Origin: Chlamydiales bacterium
GTDB taxonomy: Bacteria > Chlamydiota > Chlamydiia > Chlamydiales > JAAZZY01
DNA: 64,000 nucleotides
Direction of reading: 5' to 3'
NCBI GenBank assembly: GCA_965206695.1
Contig: CBDBKM010000011.1
Span: 288,001-352,000, forward strand
Positions 23,525-34,997 of this stretch are shown here, in pieces. Within the stretch, counting starts at the first letter, position 1. Each line of letters begins with the position of its first letter. Below the pieces are notes generated by a model. That model was not told the origin of the DNA, searched no databases, and saw nothing but the letters and a program-made list of their open reading frames with translations. The translations under genes and the position numbers were made by a program.

Positions 23525-24135
23525 CAAGTACAGAAACCGTTGCACATGAAAATTATCCGGATCCTCACCATGATGTCTATTCCAAGACTATTTTCGGGTT
23601 CTGGGTGTACTTACTCACTGACTTCGTCTTGTTTGGTGTACTGTTCGCGGCCTATGCCGTATTACGTAATCATACTTTCGGCGGGCCTTCCGCTCATGAT
23701 TTATTCAACCTCTCTTTCACCCTAACTCAAACCCTTATCTTATTAGTCAGTAGTTTTATCATTGGACTCGCTAACGCTTGTGCTCATCGTAATAAAAGAG
23801 GATGGACCATTGGTTTATACATTATATCCTTTTGGCTGGGTCTGGCTTTTTTGGCGATGGAACTACATGAATTTACGTCCCTTGTCAAAGGAAATCATGG
23901 CTGGGATCAAAGTGCCTTTTTATCTGCATTTTTTACTCTTGTAGGTACGCATATCGCTCATATGATGTTTGCCCTGCTCTGGGTTATTGTTCTTATTATA
24001 CCTGTTTGTTACCACGGTATCAAACAGGTAAGTGTGAAAAGACTCACCTGTTTAAAAATGTTCTGGCAATTTCTAAACGTTATTTGGCTTTTTATATTCA
24101 CAATTGTCTATTTGTTGGGGGTAAATTTAATATGA
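23521..24135 (+). CDS. cyoC: Cytochrome bo3 ubiquinol oxidase subunit III
   Basis: FGFWVYL, FLSAFFTLVGTH; ATGA overlap with cyoB. Confidence 0.96.
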   Translation: MTSTETVAHENYPDPHHDVYSKTIFGFWVYLLTDFVLFGVLFAAYAVLRNHTFGGPSAHDLFNLSFTLTQTLILLVSSFIIGLANACAHRNKRGWTIGLYIISFWLGLAFLAMELHEFTSLVKGNHGWDQSAFLSAFFTLVGTHIAHMMFALLWVIVLIIPVCYHGIKQVSVKRLTCLKMFWQFLNVIWLFIFTIVYLLGVNLI

Positions 24136-24461
24136 TTGAAGCAGATCACAAATGGAATACAAGCTTTTTAGCTCCCGTCGCGGGTCTTATATTATCAGTG
24201 GGATTGACTTTAACCGCTTACTTTATTGTAGTTACACAGTCCTTAAGCGGCGGGGCCTTATCGGGAACGATTTTCAGTCTTGCTATCGTACAAACGTTAA
24301 TACAATTGTTCTTTTTCCTTCATATAGGTCTGGAATCTAAGCCTCGATGGAGTTTAATGACGTTTTTATTCATGGTACTGGTCCTCGCTATCATAATGGG
24401 AGGAACTATTTGGATAATGCATAGTTTAAACTACAATCTCATGGTAACGGATATGCATTAG
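24132..24461 (+). CDS. cyoD: Cytochrome bo3 ubiquinol oxidase subunit IV
   Basis: ATG at 24132 overlaps the cyoC stop; VQ...QL.FFLH and GTIWIM..LNYN motifs. Confidence 0.93.
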   Translation: MIEADHKWNTSFLAPVAGLILSVGLTLTAYFIVVTQSLSGGALSGTIFSLAIVQTLIQLFFFLHIGLESKPRWSLMTFLFMVLVLAIIMGGTIWIMHSLNYNLMVTDMH

Positions 24462-24483
24462 CTCGAAAATTGAGAACTAATTT

Positions 24484-24642
24484 TTAATTGCATTTACATT
24501 TACAGCCTGAACTACATGTGCAGCCCGGACCACAGTTGCATTCGCTTTGATTGCAATCTCTTAGTTTAGGGTTAGAACGCCCACAAGAGGCCAGTGCACA
24601 ACAACTAGCCAATACAATCAAAGACAAGATAATTTTTCTCAT
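24484..24642 (-). CDS. Small cysteine-rich lipoprotein (52 aa)
   Basis: AAGGGGA RBS; signal MRKIILSLIVLASCCA, then LASC lipobox; tail CNCGPGCTCSSGCKCKCN. Confidence 0.7.
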   Translation of the reverse strand: MRKIILSLIVLASCCALASCGRSNPKLRDCNQSECNCGPGCTCSSGCKCKCN

Positions 24643-24674
24643 ATAAATCCCCTTATATTTTTCTAATAGTGTTA

Positions 24675-26442
24675 CCGACATTCCTAGACCTCTAAACAAG
24701 TTTTTCTAATTAAGCCATACATCCTCATTGCAGTCTTTCCAAACAAAACAATAATCTTTTTCCGAAGACGGGTTAAATTTGTGATCATTTCTTTACAAAT
24801 TCTCCGGGAAGTCTTCTGAAAAAAACGGATTATTCCGATACCTTCCATAATTTGGAAAATCCATCTTAATGTTGGATTTTTGACTTCCTTTCCTAATTGG
24901 TTGGGTAATGTCTCTTCTGTTTCTATCAATTTTTGTCGAAGTTGATATTGTCCGATATTATAAACCATTAAACACAATGTCATAACCATCATTAATGCTT
25001 CAATGCGTCGAGGGGTTTTTAAAAAAATAGAATCAACCATAAACCAAGGATCTTTTAAAAAGCGAAACCCTCCTTCAACCTTTTGCTGTTCTTTATATTC
25101 TTCTAACATCATCTCATCTTTATAATTTTCTCTATCGGTGTCATTCGCAGCTAAAATAAACCGTCCTTTTCTATTCATCAGTTTATTAATTTCTTCTTCT
25201 TCCCTTTCAAAGCTAGCATGAATCTTGTATCCAACAACTTGTTTTTCCTCTCCTTGTTTAGGTTTGCCTAATTTACCATATTTTAGAATCGGCAATATCT
25301 CACTATTCATGGAATATAAATGATTTTTTTTAGTCAATCTGCCCCAAGCTTTTTTAGCATCACTTTCGCATTTAAATTCCTCATTACCCAAATGCCAAAG
25401 TTGTTTCTTGAGCTTTTCTTCTGCCTTGGTCAATTTTTTTTCTAATGATTTTATCTCTCTCTGATAGGCTTGCTCTGAAAAAACCAAAAGCCATCTTTGT
25501 TTAATCCCTCCATAAAAAGAGGTGAAGCTGCATGTTTTATATCCTTTCTCCTGATCAATCCAATCAATTTCTTCTTCCGGTTTTTCTACTAATCTTTTTG
25601 CTTCTCCTATTATCTCGGGAACTCGGGTGAGCCATTTATAATCATTATTTTTTAAGAGCTTTTCTTTTGTGTATAACGCTGAATCGGCAACCCACTTAAA
25701 CTTTGTTTTTACATCAATCTGTTGTTGAAATTCACTGATTTTTTTGAGCGTCTCATGAAAACTTGCTTTATCAGAACTATTGCCGTCTAAGGCTTCCATC
25801 CATAGAGGCATAGAACTCGGACCATTGGTAACGAGAGAAAGTACAACTTGTTTCAAATCAGGTCTATGATCTTTAGAATAACCCTGCTTAATCTCAATCA
25901 CTTGCGGATCATCTTTCACTTCATACGACCCATGAACGGAAAAGCTTGTTGTGTCTAGATGATGAGTTTTTTGTAGTAAATCATGGTCTAGGGCTATTCC
26001 AAAAGAAACTTCAGCAAATAATTTACTGCTCCCATATTTCGCAATATCATCCAAAGCATGACCTAAAGTATAATCTGTGAGATCTTCTGCTCGAAGATCG
26101 TTGCCAAGTAAATTCTCTATCGATTTAGAAGCAAAAAATTGATGTGTTAGGTAGAGACGTCTATTAGTAAACCCTAATCCATTCAGAATCATTGCAATTA
26201 CTGCCTGTCCCGCACTTACTTTTCTGTGTGGATGATTTTTTAATCCGGTATCAATCCTTTCCGCTACTTTTAGATCGCTGCAAAGTGCTGCAATTAATCC
26301 ATGGTGATCCATGTTCACTGTTTGAATATTATCTCCTGCAACTTCCGGCATAACTTTTCTCCTTGTATCAAATAAAAAGTAACAGGATAGGCAATCTATA
26401 ATTCTAATTCAAAAAAAATATCTTACGGTCTAGGAATGTCGG
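24675..26442 (-). mobile_element. IS1634-family element copy 1 (transposase 24684-26351)
   Basis: TIR CCGACATTCCTAGACC, 6-bp target duplication GTGTTA, GYSKDHRPDLKQ motif. Confidence 0.95.
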
Positions 26443-26554
26443 GTGTTAACAAAGATTTCTATTTTTTGCTAGCTCACAATATTCATTTGCATATAATCAA
26501 ATTTTTAGATACAGAATTATAATTCCCTTCTAAGAGCTCTTCTAAGGAATAAAA

Positions 26555-27436
26555 ATGGAAAGTTTATTAAGACCAAATCTTACACTCGTTCTCAGAAATT
26601 ATTTTGCATTAACAAAACCGGGTATTATTTTCGGTAATGCTATTACTTTTGCGGGAGGGTTTGCACTTGCTTCAAAAGGGCACCTAAACCCCCTATTATT
26701 TTTAGCAACACTTGTAGGCTTATCCTCCATCATCGCCTCAGCATGTGTATTTAATAATTATATCGATCGTGAGCTTGATGCTAAAATGGTAAGAACGAAA
26801 AATCGACCGCTTGTAAAGGGATTGATCTCGATAAGAAACGCCGTTATATTTGCCGTTTGTCTATTATTCTATGGTTCTTTTCTGCTGGCCGCCTATGTTA
26901 ATCTCTTAACGCTCACAGTAGCTCTCTTCGGTTTTTTTGTTTATGTGATTTTATATAGCCTATCTAAATATCACTCCGGCCACGGAACCTTGATCGGTAG
27001 TATTGCCGGAGCCGTTCCTCCCGTTGTAGGTTATTGCGCTCTTACCAATTACCTTGATTCAGCCGCATTTATTTTATTTATCATCATTGCCATGTGGCAG
27101 ATGCCACATTTCTTTTCTATCGCCATCTATCGCCTTGATGATTACGTTGCGGCATCTATTCCTGTTTTACCTATTAAAAAAGGCATGCTAGCTACTAAGA
27201 TTCACATGATGCTATATATTATAGCCTTTATTGTAGCTTCCGTCATGCTGACGGTATGTAACTATACAGGATATATCTATCTGACTGTTGCCGCCCTTTC
27301 GGGTGCTACGTGGCTTTGGATTTGTATTAAGGGCTTCACATGTGACAATGATAAGCTTTGGGCCAGAAAAATGTTTTTCGTCTCTCTTGTTATTGTCATG
27401 AGCGTTTGTATCAGCATTCCGTTTAGCGTTGTTTGA
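26555..27436 (+). CDS. cyoE: Protoheme IX farnesyltransferase (heme o synthase)
   Basis: LTKPGI, NNYIDRELDAKMVRTKNRP, WQMPHF. Confidence 0.96.
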   Translation: MESLLRPNLTLVLRNYFALTKPGIIFGNAITFAGGFALASKGHLNPLLFLATLVGLSSIIASACVFNNYIDRELDAKMVRTKNRPLVKGLISIRNAVIFAVCLLFYGSFLLAAYVNLLTLTVALFGFFVYVILYSLSKYHSGHGTLIGSIAGAVPPVVGYCALTNYLDSAAFILFIIIAMWQMPHFFSIAIYRLDDYVAASIPVLPIKKGMLATKIHMMLYIIAFIVASVMLTVCNYTGYIYLTVAALSGATWLWICIKGFTCDNDKLWARKMFFVSLVIVMSVCISIPFSVV

Positions 27437-27540
27437 AAAACCTGCTTATTTTTTAAGTTTGGATAACATTACAAAAACATACTCCCTTAAATATTGACTT
27501 AGTTCAATACGCTCTAAAAATTGATCCAAACACTTTTTTA

Positions 27541-27708
27541 AGACCCCTGCATAACTGACTTGATACTATTGTTTTAAAACTCACTGATTGTCTAAACGTA
27601 TTTTTCATTTATTTTGATAAATTTTATAATAAGCAGTTTTTTATTATGAGTGCAAAGCATCGCATAGGCGTCAAGAATCGTTGCCGGAAATCAGTTATGC
27701 AGAGGTCT
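27541..27708. mobile_element. MITE family 1, copy 1 (about 168 bp)
   Basis: TIRs AGACC(C/T)CTGCATAACTGA; near-identical copies at 36984 and 37886. Confidence 0.85.
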
Positions 27709-27746
27709 TTAACAAGATTTTCTTGGTCAAGTATTGGGTTTTCACC

Positions 27747-28631
27747 GAATCTATCCCACTAATTTATCTATCCAAAATTTAATCAGCGCCGGAGTTAAAA
27801 ACCCTTTCCAATACTTCATCTTTCTTTCCCAACGGATAACGACTTTTCGACACTTTCTTTGTAGCCATGAAATAGCTCTCTCTACTTGCCATCGTTTACG
27901 CTTTATCATCGCCCTAATTTTTTTAGGAGCTTTCTGTCCGGGCTTTTTTCGTCTACAAATCCATGGGAAAATACCCCTTATCAAAAGAACTTCTCGTAAA
28001 GCCTCTGAGTCGTAGCCTTTATTCGCTTCAAAAATAGGTATGAGATTACGATGCTTTCACCTATTTTGTATTCTATTAATCAAAGGGATTGGTTTATTTC
28101 CTCTCGTCTCCATGGACTCCTGTAGGGATAAGAGCAATAGGTGAGCCATATCCGTCTACAAGTAAATGTCCGGTAACTCCTTTTCCCTTATAGCCGTACG
28201 TAACTTCTTCTCCGCCACCCTTACCTCCTGAAAACAAACCCATCACCGGCTATTCGTTCCCAATTGAATAAGTTTTTCAATTCGGACAAGGATAATCCGG
28301 CACTTAGTATAGCATCCAAAGTCCCGTCCTCTTGCCAACACCCAACCGGCTATGAGAAGTGGTTCTTACTCCCCAAGCTTCACCTTTTGGGAGGTCGTAC
28401 CAACGACTACCTGTTATTAAAATCCAAAATATTGAATGGCATATCTTTCTCCAAGATGTATGAGGATATTCTTTAGATCTTTTCTCCGGTTTTTGAGGTA
28501 CTAATGGTGCTAAGAACGACCATTGACTATCTGTTAACCCTTCAAATTTAGACATTTTTTCTCCCCTTTCATAAATTATGAAAGGGGAGCATACCAAATA
28601 CAAATTTAAATTATATTAATGGGATAGGTTC
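27747..28631 (-). mobile_element. IS5-family element, degenerate
   Basis: TIRs GAA(T/C)CTATCCCA; fragments GLTDSQW, ITGSRW.DLP, RWQVERAISWL. Confidence 0.85.
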
Positions 28632-28833
28632 ATAAGAAATACTACAAAAGAACGTATGTAGTTAACAGTTTTACTTAGCTAGTTTTATTAACGACTGTAT
28701 ATTAAACAATTAAAAATAGGCCTATTCTTAATGTTATTATTATAAGTGTTTTGCGACACAAACAAACTATTTAATAAATAGCTTATTATTAGAGAAACAC
28801 ATAAATACCGGACAATTAATAAACTTTTTATAG

Positions 28834-28862
28834 TGGACAATTAATAAATTTTTAAATATAAT
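28834..28862 (+). promoter_or_regulatory. Sigma70-type promoter of the lipase-motif gene
   Basis: TGGACA-17 nt-TATAAT. Confidence 0.6.
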
Positions 28863-28908
28863 GTATTAATCATTTAAACAATAACAACTAATTAACAGGT
28901 AAAAGCTA

Positions 28909-31086
28909 ATGTTTTTTCCAAATCCTTCTATTCCGGGAAGTCTTATGCCGGAAACCATTTATTGTCGAGAAAACTCTTCTGATATTGAAATACCTCAAGC
29001 AGAAGTTGAAGAAGTTGCAGTTAAAGCTCGTCCTTTACAAAAAGGACGTTTAGGCCTGTGGTCTTGGCATCATGGTGAAGTAATGAGGCAAGAAAGGATC
29101 GCTAACACCATTAGAACTATTGACAGATTACAGGGTTTTTGTTCAAATTATCAAGGTGATTTAGAGGCATTAGAAGCTAGGGAGGGGGGATCGGCAGAAG
29201 AACGAGCAATCGAAAGGGAGAAAATCTATATAAAATATGAAAGACAAGCATATTCTCAATTGACCTTCTTTATGTCCCTACAAGAGCCGGATGTTTACAA
29301 AGATGCTATGGGGAGTTTGCTTTTACCTATGCCCAGAAGGATCCTTGCAAATAAGGCATTAGATAAAAATTCGAAGTATCAGACCTACTATCAACTGGAT
29401 AAAACCTTAGATATAGGGAAAGGGCTTGGTGGAGCAGGTGTAAAAGCTTTTGGTTTGGTAGGGATCGATCAAAAAGATCCCCCCATTCTATTATTTCATG
29501 GCACACATTTAAAAAAAATATGCTCATCTTCAGGTAGTGGTTCCACGCTTGTCATTGATACAGATACCGCCGGGATTGCAGCAGGGCATTTTAAAAAGAA
29601 CAAAGCTCGTATTCAAGAGTGGTTACAAAACCATACTACACCAAAAAATAAAGCAATAGTAGCAGGACAAAGTTTAGGCGGTGCTTTAGGGTTATATACA
29701 TCTGTCAATTTATCTCAATATGTCAAAGAAGCGAAAATCTTTCATTCTCCGAAAGTCAATAGAGACACTTTGGATAAATGGGAAAAAATTAGAGACAGAA
29801 CAGCACAAAGACATGTAAAATTAAACAATTCAAGAACACGACTGTCTGCATACAAACAAGAAAAAGCACGAATTGAAAAAATCCGAATTAACTCCACTTA
29901 TACTGATGACAATAAAATTAAGAAAATGAAACAAGTTGAAGAGAAGATTGCTAAACATACTAAATTAATAACTGAAAATAACTATAAACTCAGTGAAAAA
30001 GCTCTACATATCGAATGTTTCAATGCACCTCATGATTATGTTAGTAATTGTGTTGGAAAAGGCTATAAAATCGGGCAGCACTATACTTTAAAACCTTCCG
30101 GTAAATATGCCAATTATGGTCCTTTAAAATCTCATAGCACGGCGTTTTTTATAGTTGATAAAGATTTAGCTGTAGATAAGGTATCAGAGGAAGTCCTAAA
30201 CACTCATAATGAAACAGTAAAAAAGCATTGGAGAAGAAGATTTGCTAAGCGTTGCGCAAGTACCGCCGGAAGAGCAAGCGCTTATGTAGGTGTTGGATTA
30301 AAGAGGCTTTTATTTGGTTCACGTAGTTATAAGTCCTGTTGGGGACTTGGAAGGGATGGGTTAGTAGGGGCTCTTCCTCGCGCTATTTTAGAAGGAATCA
30401 AAGGTATTACAACACAAGATATGTCCTCTGAATCTTATAATAAAGTAAAAGATTTTCTCACTACACAGGAGCGTGAATTTTTAAAGAAGAAAGGGTGTGG
30501 AAGTACAGCCGGTCAGTATAAGGAGCTAAAATGCTATGTAATTAATGAAGCAGATAAGCAGTTTAAAAGTAAGGAGTTAACAATTCCTGAATTTTCTTGT
30601 ATATATTTAAGCCAAGCAATAGCTAAAGATAGATTATTTTCCGGAACAAAACCTCGACAAGTTCCTCTTAGGATTAAATTATTGGGTAAAGTTGCTCGTC
30701 TGGCTTTTGATAAAAAATTTACGGATAAAAATCATCCTATCCGGTTAAAAATGAAAACTTTTAACGATCAATTGAAAACTCCTGAACGGAAGAGTAATGC
30801 TTTGTATTACCGGTTTAATATGAAGGATTATTTTAAAGACTTAGAAAAATTTATAAAAGACTCATTGAAATTAAGTGCATCTGATGAATTACAATTAAGA
30901 CAGGCACTTAATGAATGCCATAAATATAGAAAAGCAATCGAAAAAATGAGAATCTTTAGAGCACACGATTGTTGGTACGACCCTAAACCAATTGAACTTA
31001 AAATAAGAGAATTTACCGACAACTGGATCCACGCAGAAACTCAAGGGGTGCTTTCTTCAAGACAACCGAGCGACACAGGCTTGTAG
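28909..31086 (+). CDS. Large basic protein with an alpha/beta-hydrolase (lipase class 3-like) domain; candidate effector
   Basis: ILLFHGT and AGQSLGG (GxSxG nucleophile elbow); 725 aa; no signal peptide. Confidence 0.7.
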   Translation: MFFPNPSIPGSLMPETIYCRENSSDIEIPQAEVEEVAVKARPLQKGRLGLWSWHHGEVMRQERIANTIRTIDRLQGFCSNYQGDLEALEAREGGSAEERAIEREKIYIKYERQAYSQLTFFMSLQEPDVYKDAMGSLLLPMPRRILANKALDKNSKYQTYYQLDKTLDIGKGLGGAGVKAFGLVGIDQKDPPILLFHGTHLKKICSSSGSGSTLVIDTDTAGIAAGHFKKNKARIQEWLQNHTTPKNKAIVAGQSLGGALGLYTSVNLSQYVKEAKIFHSPKVNRDTLDKWEKIRDRTAQRHVKLNNSRTRLSAYKQEKARIEKIRINSTYTDDNKIKKMKQVEEKIAKHTKLITENNYKLSEKALHIECFNAPHDYVSNCVGKGYKIGQHYTLKPSGKYANYGPLKSHSTAFFIVDKDLAVDKVSEEVLNTHNETVKKHWRRRFAKRCASTAGRASAYVGVGLKRLLFGSRSYKSCWGLGRDGLVGALPRAILEGIKGITTQDMSSESYNKVKDFLTTQEREFLKKKGCGSTAGQYKELKCYVINEADKQFKSKELTIPEFSCIYLSQAIAKDRLFSGTKPRQVPLRIKLLGKVARLAFDKKFTDKNHPIRLKMKTFNDQLKTPERKSNALYYRFNMKDYFKDLEKFIKDSLKLSASDELQLRQALNECHKYRKAIEKMRIFRAHDCWYDPKPIELKIREFTDNWIHAETQGVLSSRQPSDTGL

Positions 31087-31145
31087 AACAACATAAATAG
31101 GGACCTCTGCATAACTTATATTTTAATCACAATTGAACCTTCAGG

Positions 31146-32244
31146 TGCCTTTTCAACTATGAAGTGCAACACATAGGCACCTCATTATACCTCAAATTTC
31201 TTTGATTGAAAACCTCTATAGGCATTTTAAAATTCAAACTTTTCCTTGATCTGTTATTTAACAAATGTTCTATTCTTTTTACTTCTTCATCCGTTACTTT
31301 TGATAAATCAGTTTTTTTAGGGAGGTACTGTCTGACAAGCCCATTTGTATATTCATTCAATCCTCTTTCCCGGAAGCGATAGGGTTTAGCAAAATAAAAC
31401 TCTGCGTTAAGTTTTGCACTGACCTCTTTATGCCCGGAAAATTCTCAACCGTTATCTGTCGTTAATATATACACCTTGTCCTTAATAAGCTCTAAACGTT
31501 CAATTAAAGCATTAGCAACACCATGAGCCTGTTTAGATTCTACCTTCATAAGCATTGTATCTTTAGAAGCTTCGGCAACAATAGAGACAAGCACCCCTTT
31601 ATGATTTCTTTCTATTATTGTATCGCATTCAAAATCTCCTATCCTTGTTTTCATATCGACAATCTCAGGGCTTTCATCACTGTCAATCCTATTGGGAATA
31701 CAGCCACGGCCTGTTTTGACAGAACCTCGTTTGTTATACTTCTTACCCTGATGTCTTAAATTCTTATATAAACGGCCTCCATTTTGTTGATCTTTCCAAA
31801 TATGACGATAGATACTTTCATGGCCGGTAAAAAGCCCATTCTCTTTTAACCTGCCGGATATCTGAACAGGACTCCACTGAAACCTTAACCTATTTTCTAT
31901 GGCCGGACCTATTTCAGAAGTCATTTTTTTCTTTATACTACTTGCTTTTAACCGCCTGTGTTCTGATTTAATTTGAGCTGCAATATAAATATATCTACCT
32001 TGATAAAGGGTTTCTTTGCAGCTCTCTATAAATAGTAGATTTATCAACAGCAATATAATCTACAGAATCTCCTCTTTGTTTTAATGCATATATTCGGCAT
32101 CTTCGGTTAAATGATAATAACCTTTAGGCATAAAAATCCCTCCATAGTTATTAGTCTTTTTCAAAAATTAATTATAGAGATTTTATCATCATTTGACCAT
32201 TTTCAAATTTCTCCTATCTGTTGCACTTCGATGTTGAAAGGGCC
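31146..32244 (-). mobile_element. IS30-family element, degenerate
   Basis: TIRs CTTTTCAAC...GAAGTGCAAC; WSPVQISGRL, GDFECDT, NE.TNGLVRQYLPK; frameshifts. Confidence 0.9.
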
Positions 32245-32343
32245 AATCTCTTTTTTTAATCAAATCTTTAAATCAAAATATTGGAAAAAACCAATAAATT
32301 CGTTAGTATCATATTCTTTAAAGAATCATCCCTACTTAACAAA

Positions 32344-33363
32344 ATGCAAGAAGCGATACAGAATATACAGAAAGACTTTGAAAAAGCCTTAAATAAGGCT
32401 TCTCAAGTAAGAGATATAGAAGATCTAAAAGTTAAATACCTCGGTAAAAAAGGGCCTATTCAGCAATTAATGCAGAGTTTAAAAGATGCTTCAAAAGAAG
32501 AGAGGCCCATCTTAGGTAAACTTATTAATGATCTAAAGGTTAAGGTTACCGATCAATGTGCTGCAGCGCTTACTTCTTTTCAGGGTAGAGAAGAAGAAGA
32601 GCAAATAAGGGAAGAGACTCTTGATATAACTTTGCCCGGCAGGCGCCGTTTTAAAGGTACCGTGCATCCTCTAACTCAGATGATGCAACAAATTATTGAA
32701 ATACTGGTAGGTATGGGGTTTTCTATTCAATATGGTCCGGATATCGAAAGTGATTATTATAATTTTGAAGCGATTAATTTTGAGGCTGATCATCCGGCAA
32801 GAGATATGCAAGACACTTTCTATATCAATGCAGAAATGCTCTTACGTACCCATACTTCGAATGTGCAAGTACGTATAATGGAAAATAATAAGCCTCCTAT
32901 TAGAGTCATTGCGCCCGGTAAAGTGTATCGTAATGAGAATATTTCAGCTAGATCACATGTGTTTTTTCATCAGCTGGAAGGTTTTTATATCGATGAAGGG
33001 GTTACCTTTGCTGATCTAATAGCAACGCTAAGAGAATTATTTTCTAAACTTTTTAATAAAAAGTTAAAAATGCGATTCAGAGCCAGTTATTTCCCTTTTG
33101 TGGAGCCGGGAATGGAAGTGGATATTGAGTGTATGGTTTGTAATCAAAAAGGTTGTAACATCTGTAAAGATACCGGGTGGCTGGAAGTAGCAGGTGCCGG
33201 TATGATTCATCCGGAACTATTTAAAGTCTCCGGTATTGATAATGAGAAGTATACGGGCTATGCATGGGGCTTGGGAATAGAAAGATTAAAAATGCTACAA
33301 TACGGAATAAAGGATATACGTCTATTTACTGAAAACGATATTCGATTTTTAGAACAATTTTAA
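32344..33363 (+). CDS. pheS: Phenylalanine--tRNA ligase alpha subunit
   Basis: HPARDMQDTFY, LLRTHTS, FPFVEP, GLGIERL. Confidence 0.98.
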   Translation: MQEAIQNIQKDFEKALNKASQVRDIEDLKVKYLGKKGPIQQLMQSLKDASKEERPILGKLINDLKVKVTDQCAAALTSFQGREEEEQIREETLDITLPGRRRFKGTVHPLTQMMQQIIEILVGMGFSIQYGPDIESDYYNFEAINFEADHPARDMQDTFYINAEMLLRTHTSNVQVRIMENNKPPIRVIAPGKVYRNENISARSHVFFHQLEGFYIDEGVTFADLIATLRELFSKLFNKKLKMRFRASYFPFVEPGMEVDIECMVCNQKGCNICKDTGWLEVAGAGMIHPELFKVSGIDNEKYTGYAWGLGIERLKMLQYGIKDIRLFTENDIRFLEQF

Positions 33364-33437
33364 CTTCAATTTCTTGACCGAATTCTTTAAATTAACTATT
33401 CTATGTGTTCTATTTTTTCTTAAATAGAGTTTTTCTT

Positions 33438-33527
33438 GGAAGAGTGGCAGAGTGGCCGAATGCGGCTGTCTTGAAAACAGCTGTCGGTTAAACCCGACCG
33501 GGGGTTCGAATCCCTCCTCTTCCGCCA
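33438..33527 (+). tRNA. tRNA-Ser (anticodon TGA)
   Basis: GGAAGAG/CTCTTCC acceptor stem, CTTGAAA anticodon loop, long variable arm, GGTTCGAATCC, encoded CCA. Confidence 0.97.
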
Positions 33528-33762
33528 TTACAACCAATTCGAACCTTTGATCCCATTATCTAAAAAGGCCAAGGCTTGAACTTTAGAGTGTGCAATATAA
33601 TAAGAATAATAAGATTTTTCTTGAATGAGGTTTTCGTCCTCAACTTTGCGCTCGCCGGAAACTTCTTCAATATAACCGGTTAAGCCAAACTCTCTTTTTT
33701 TCTCCGTCCTTGAGATGAGGCGATTCCGGATTGTGATACTGACCTTTTTTGCTTTCTCTTTT

Positions 33763-34831
33763 TGACCGGAGTTTCGCACTATAGAAATGCGTTATTAAAA
33801 TAATTGTTTAAATAATTTTTTAAATCAGGGTATTATTTCTCTTTTTTGTTGGGGAAAAAATGCCGGTACATAAATGCATCAAGGAATTCTATCGCACCTT
33901 CATTCAAGCAAGCGGTATGAGATATTCCGGGCTTGCGATAGCAAAAGTTTACCCGGATCAATTGTCACATGACAGCTTTAGCCACCGGTTAAAAGATAAA
34001 AAATTTCAACCTAAAGAAATTTTTGAAACCGTAAAGCACTCTGTTGATAGGTATGAGCCGGGTGTACTTATTGCGGATGGTACCGGTCTTTCAAAAAGGC
34101 ATAGTAAAAAAATAGAGATTGTAAATTACCAATATTCCGGAAATGTACATGATGTTATAGCAGGAATCGGTTGGGTCAATCTTTTATGGGATGGGATATA
34201 CGTTCCTGTGTATGATAAGGATAGTTACGGCAAAACAAAGAATGCTCATTGTTTAAAAATGCTTCAACCGAGTCACAGCCGAGGTTTTAATCCCCAAGTA
34301 GTCGTTATGGATGCATGGTATTTCGGTTTTAAAAATTTACAGTCTATCAGAGATATAGGGTTAAATTTTGCCGCCGGGTTGCGTGAAAATAGAAAAGTTA
34401 ATCGCAATGTAAGTTTGGAAGATTTGGATATTCCGTATGAAGGACTAACCATTTACTTATGCGGTTATGGTTTTATTACGGCTTTTAAGTTTCCGGCTAA
34501 AAATGGTCGCATTGATTATGTGGTCACTAATATTGAAGAACTCGGTCGTAATGATGTTGAAAAAATCATGAAGATTCGTTGGAAAAGAGAAATTTATCAT
34601 AGGGAATTGAAACAAACCTGCGGCTTTGAGCGCCGACAGTCTCGTAACGCACGAGCGCAACGAAATCATATTTTTATGTCTATTTATGCTTGGTTACACA
34701 AATTTAAGCGAAGGAGGCGAGATAAAATATCTTTTTATCAACAAGATTGGGAAATGATAAAGCCCGCTATTACTTTAAATATGAAAAATATTTTGGCTAT
34801 GGGCTAACATTTACGCACGAAACTCCTGTCA
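33763..34831 (+). mobile_element. IS701-family element, degenerate (ORF 33860-34807)
   Basis: Ends TGAC(C/A)GGAGTTTCG; LSHDS, VVMDAWY, RW..E.YHRELKQTCG, AQRNHI. Confidence 0.85.
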
Positions 34832-34997
34832 GGTATTTATAAAAGTAATATTATCTACGGGAACAGTAGAAGAAACACAGCGATATGTAACTACAAAAGG
34901 AATAATGGAACAATTTCTTTTTCCTGTTACTGAACTTGATAGGGTATAAGGAATTTAGAAAAATTGTGTAAAAAATATTTAATCCAAAAGAGGAGTA

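Larger units (their letters stand above)
27709..31050 (+). repeat. Left arm of a large inverted duplication (partner about 38446-42844)
   Basis: 27709-27750 and 28632-31050 match the reverse complement of 42805-42844 and 38446-40867. Confidence 0.85.

Noticed and set aside
24484..24642. Calling the Cys-rich lipoprotein omcA
   Set aside because: The Cys spacing differs from OmcA as recalled, and no omcB is adjacent.
33528..33779. 83-aa ORF after the tRNA, and ORF 37506-37811
   Set aside because: No recognisable motifs; both overlap IS ends and are probably remnants.
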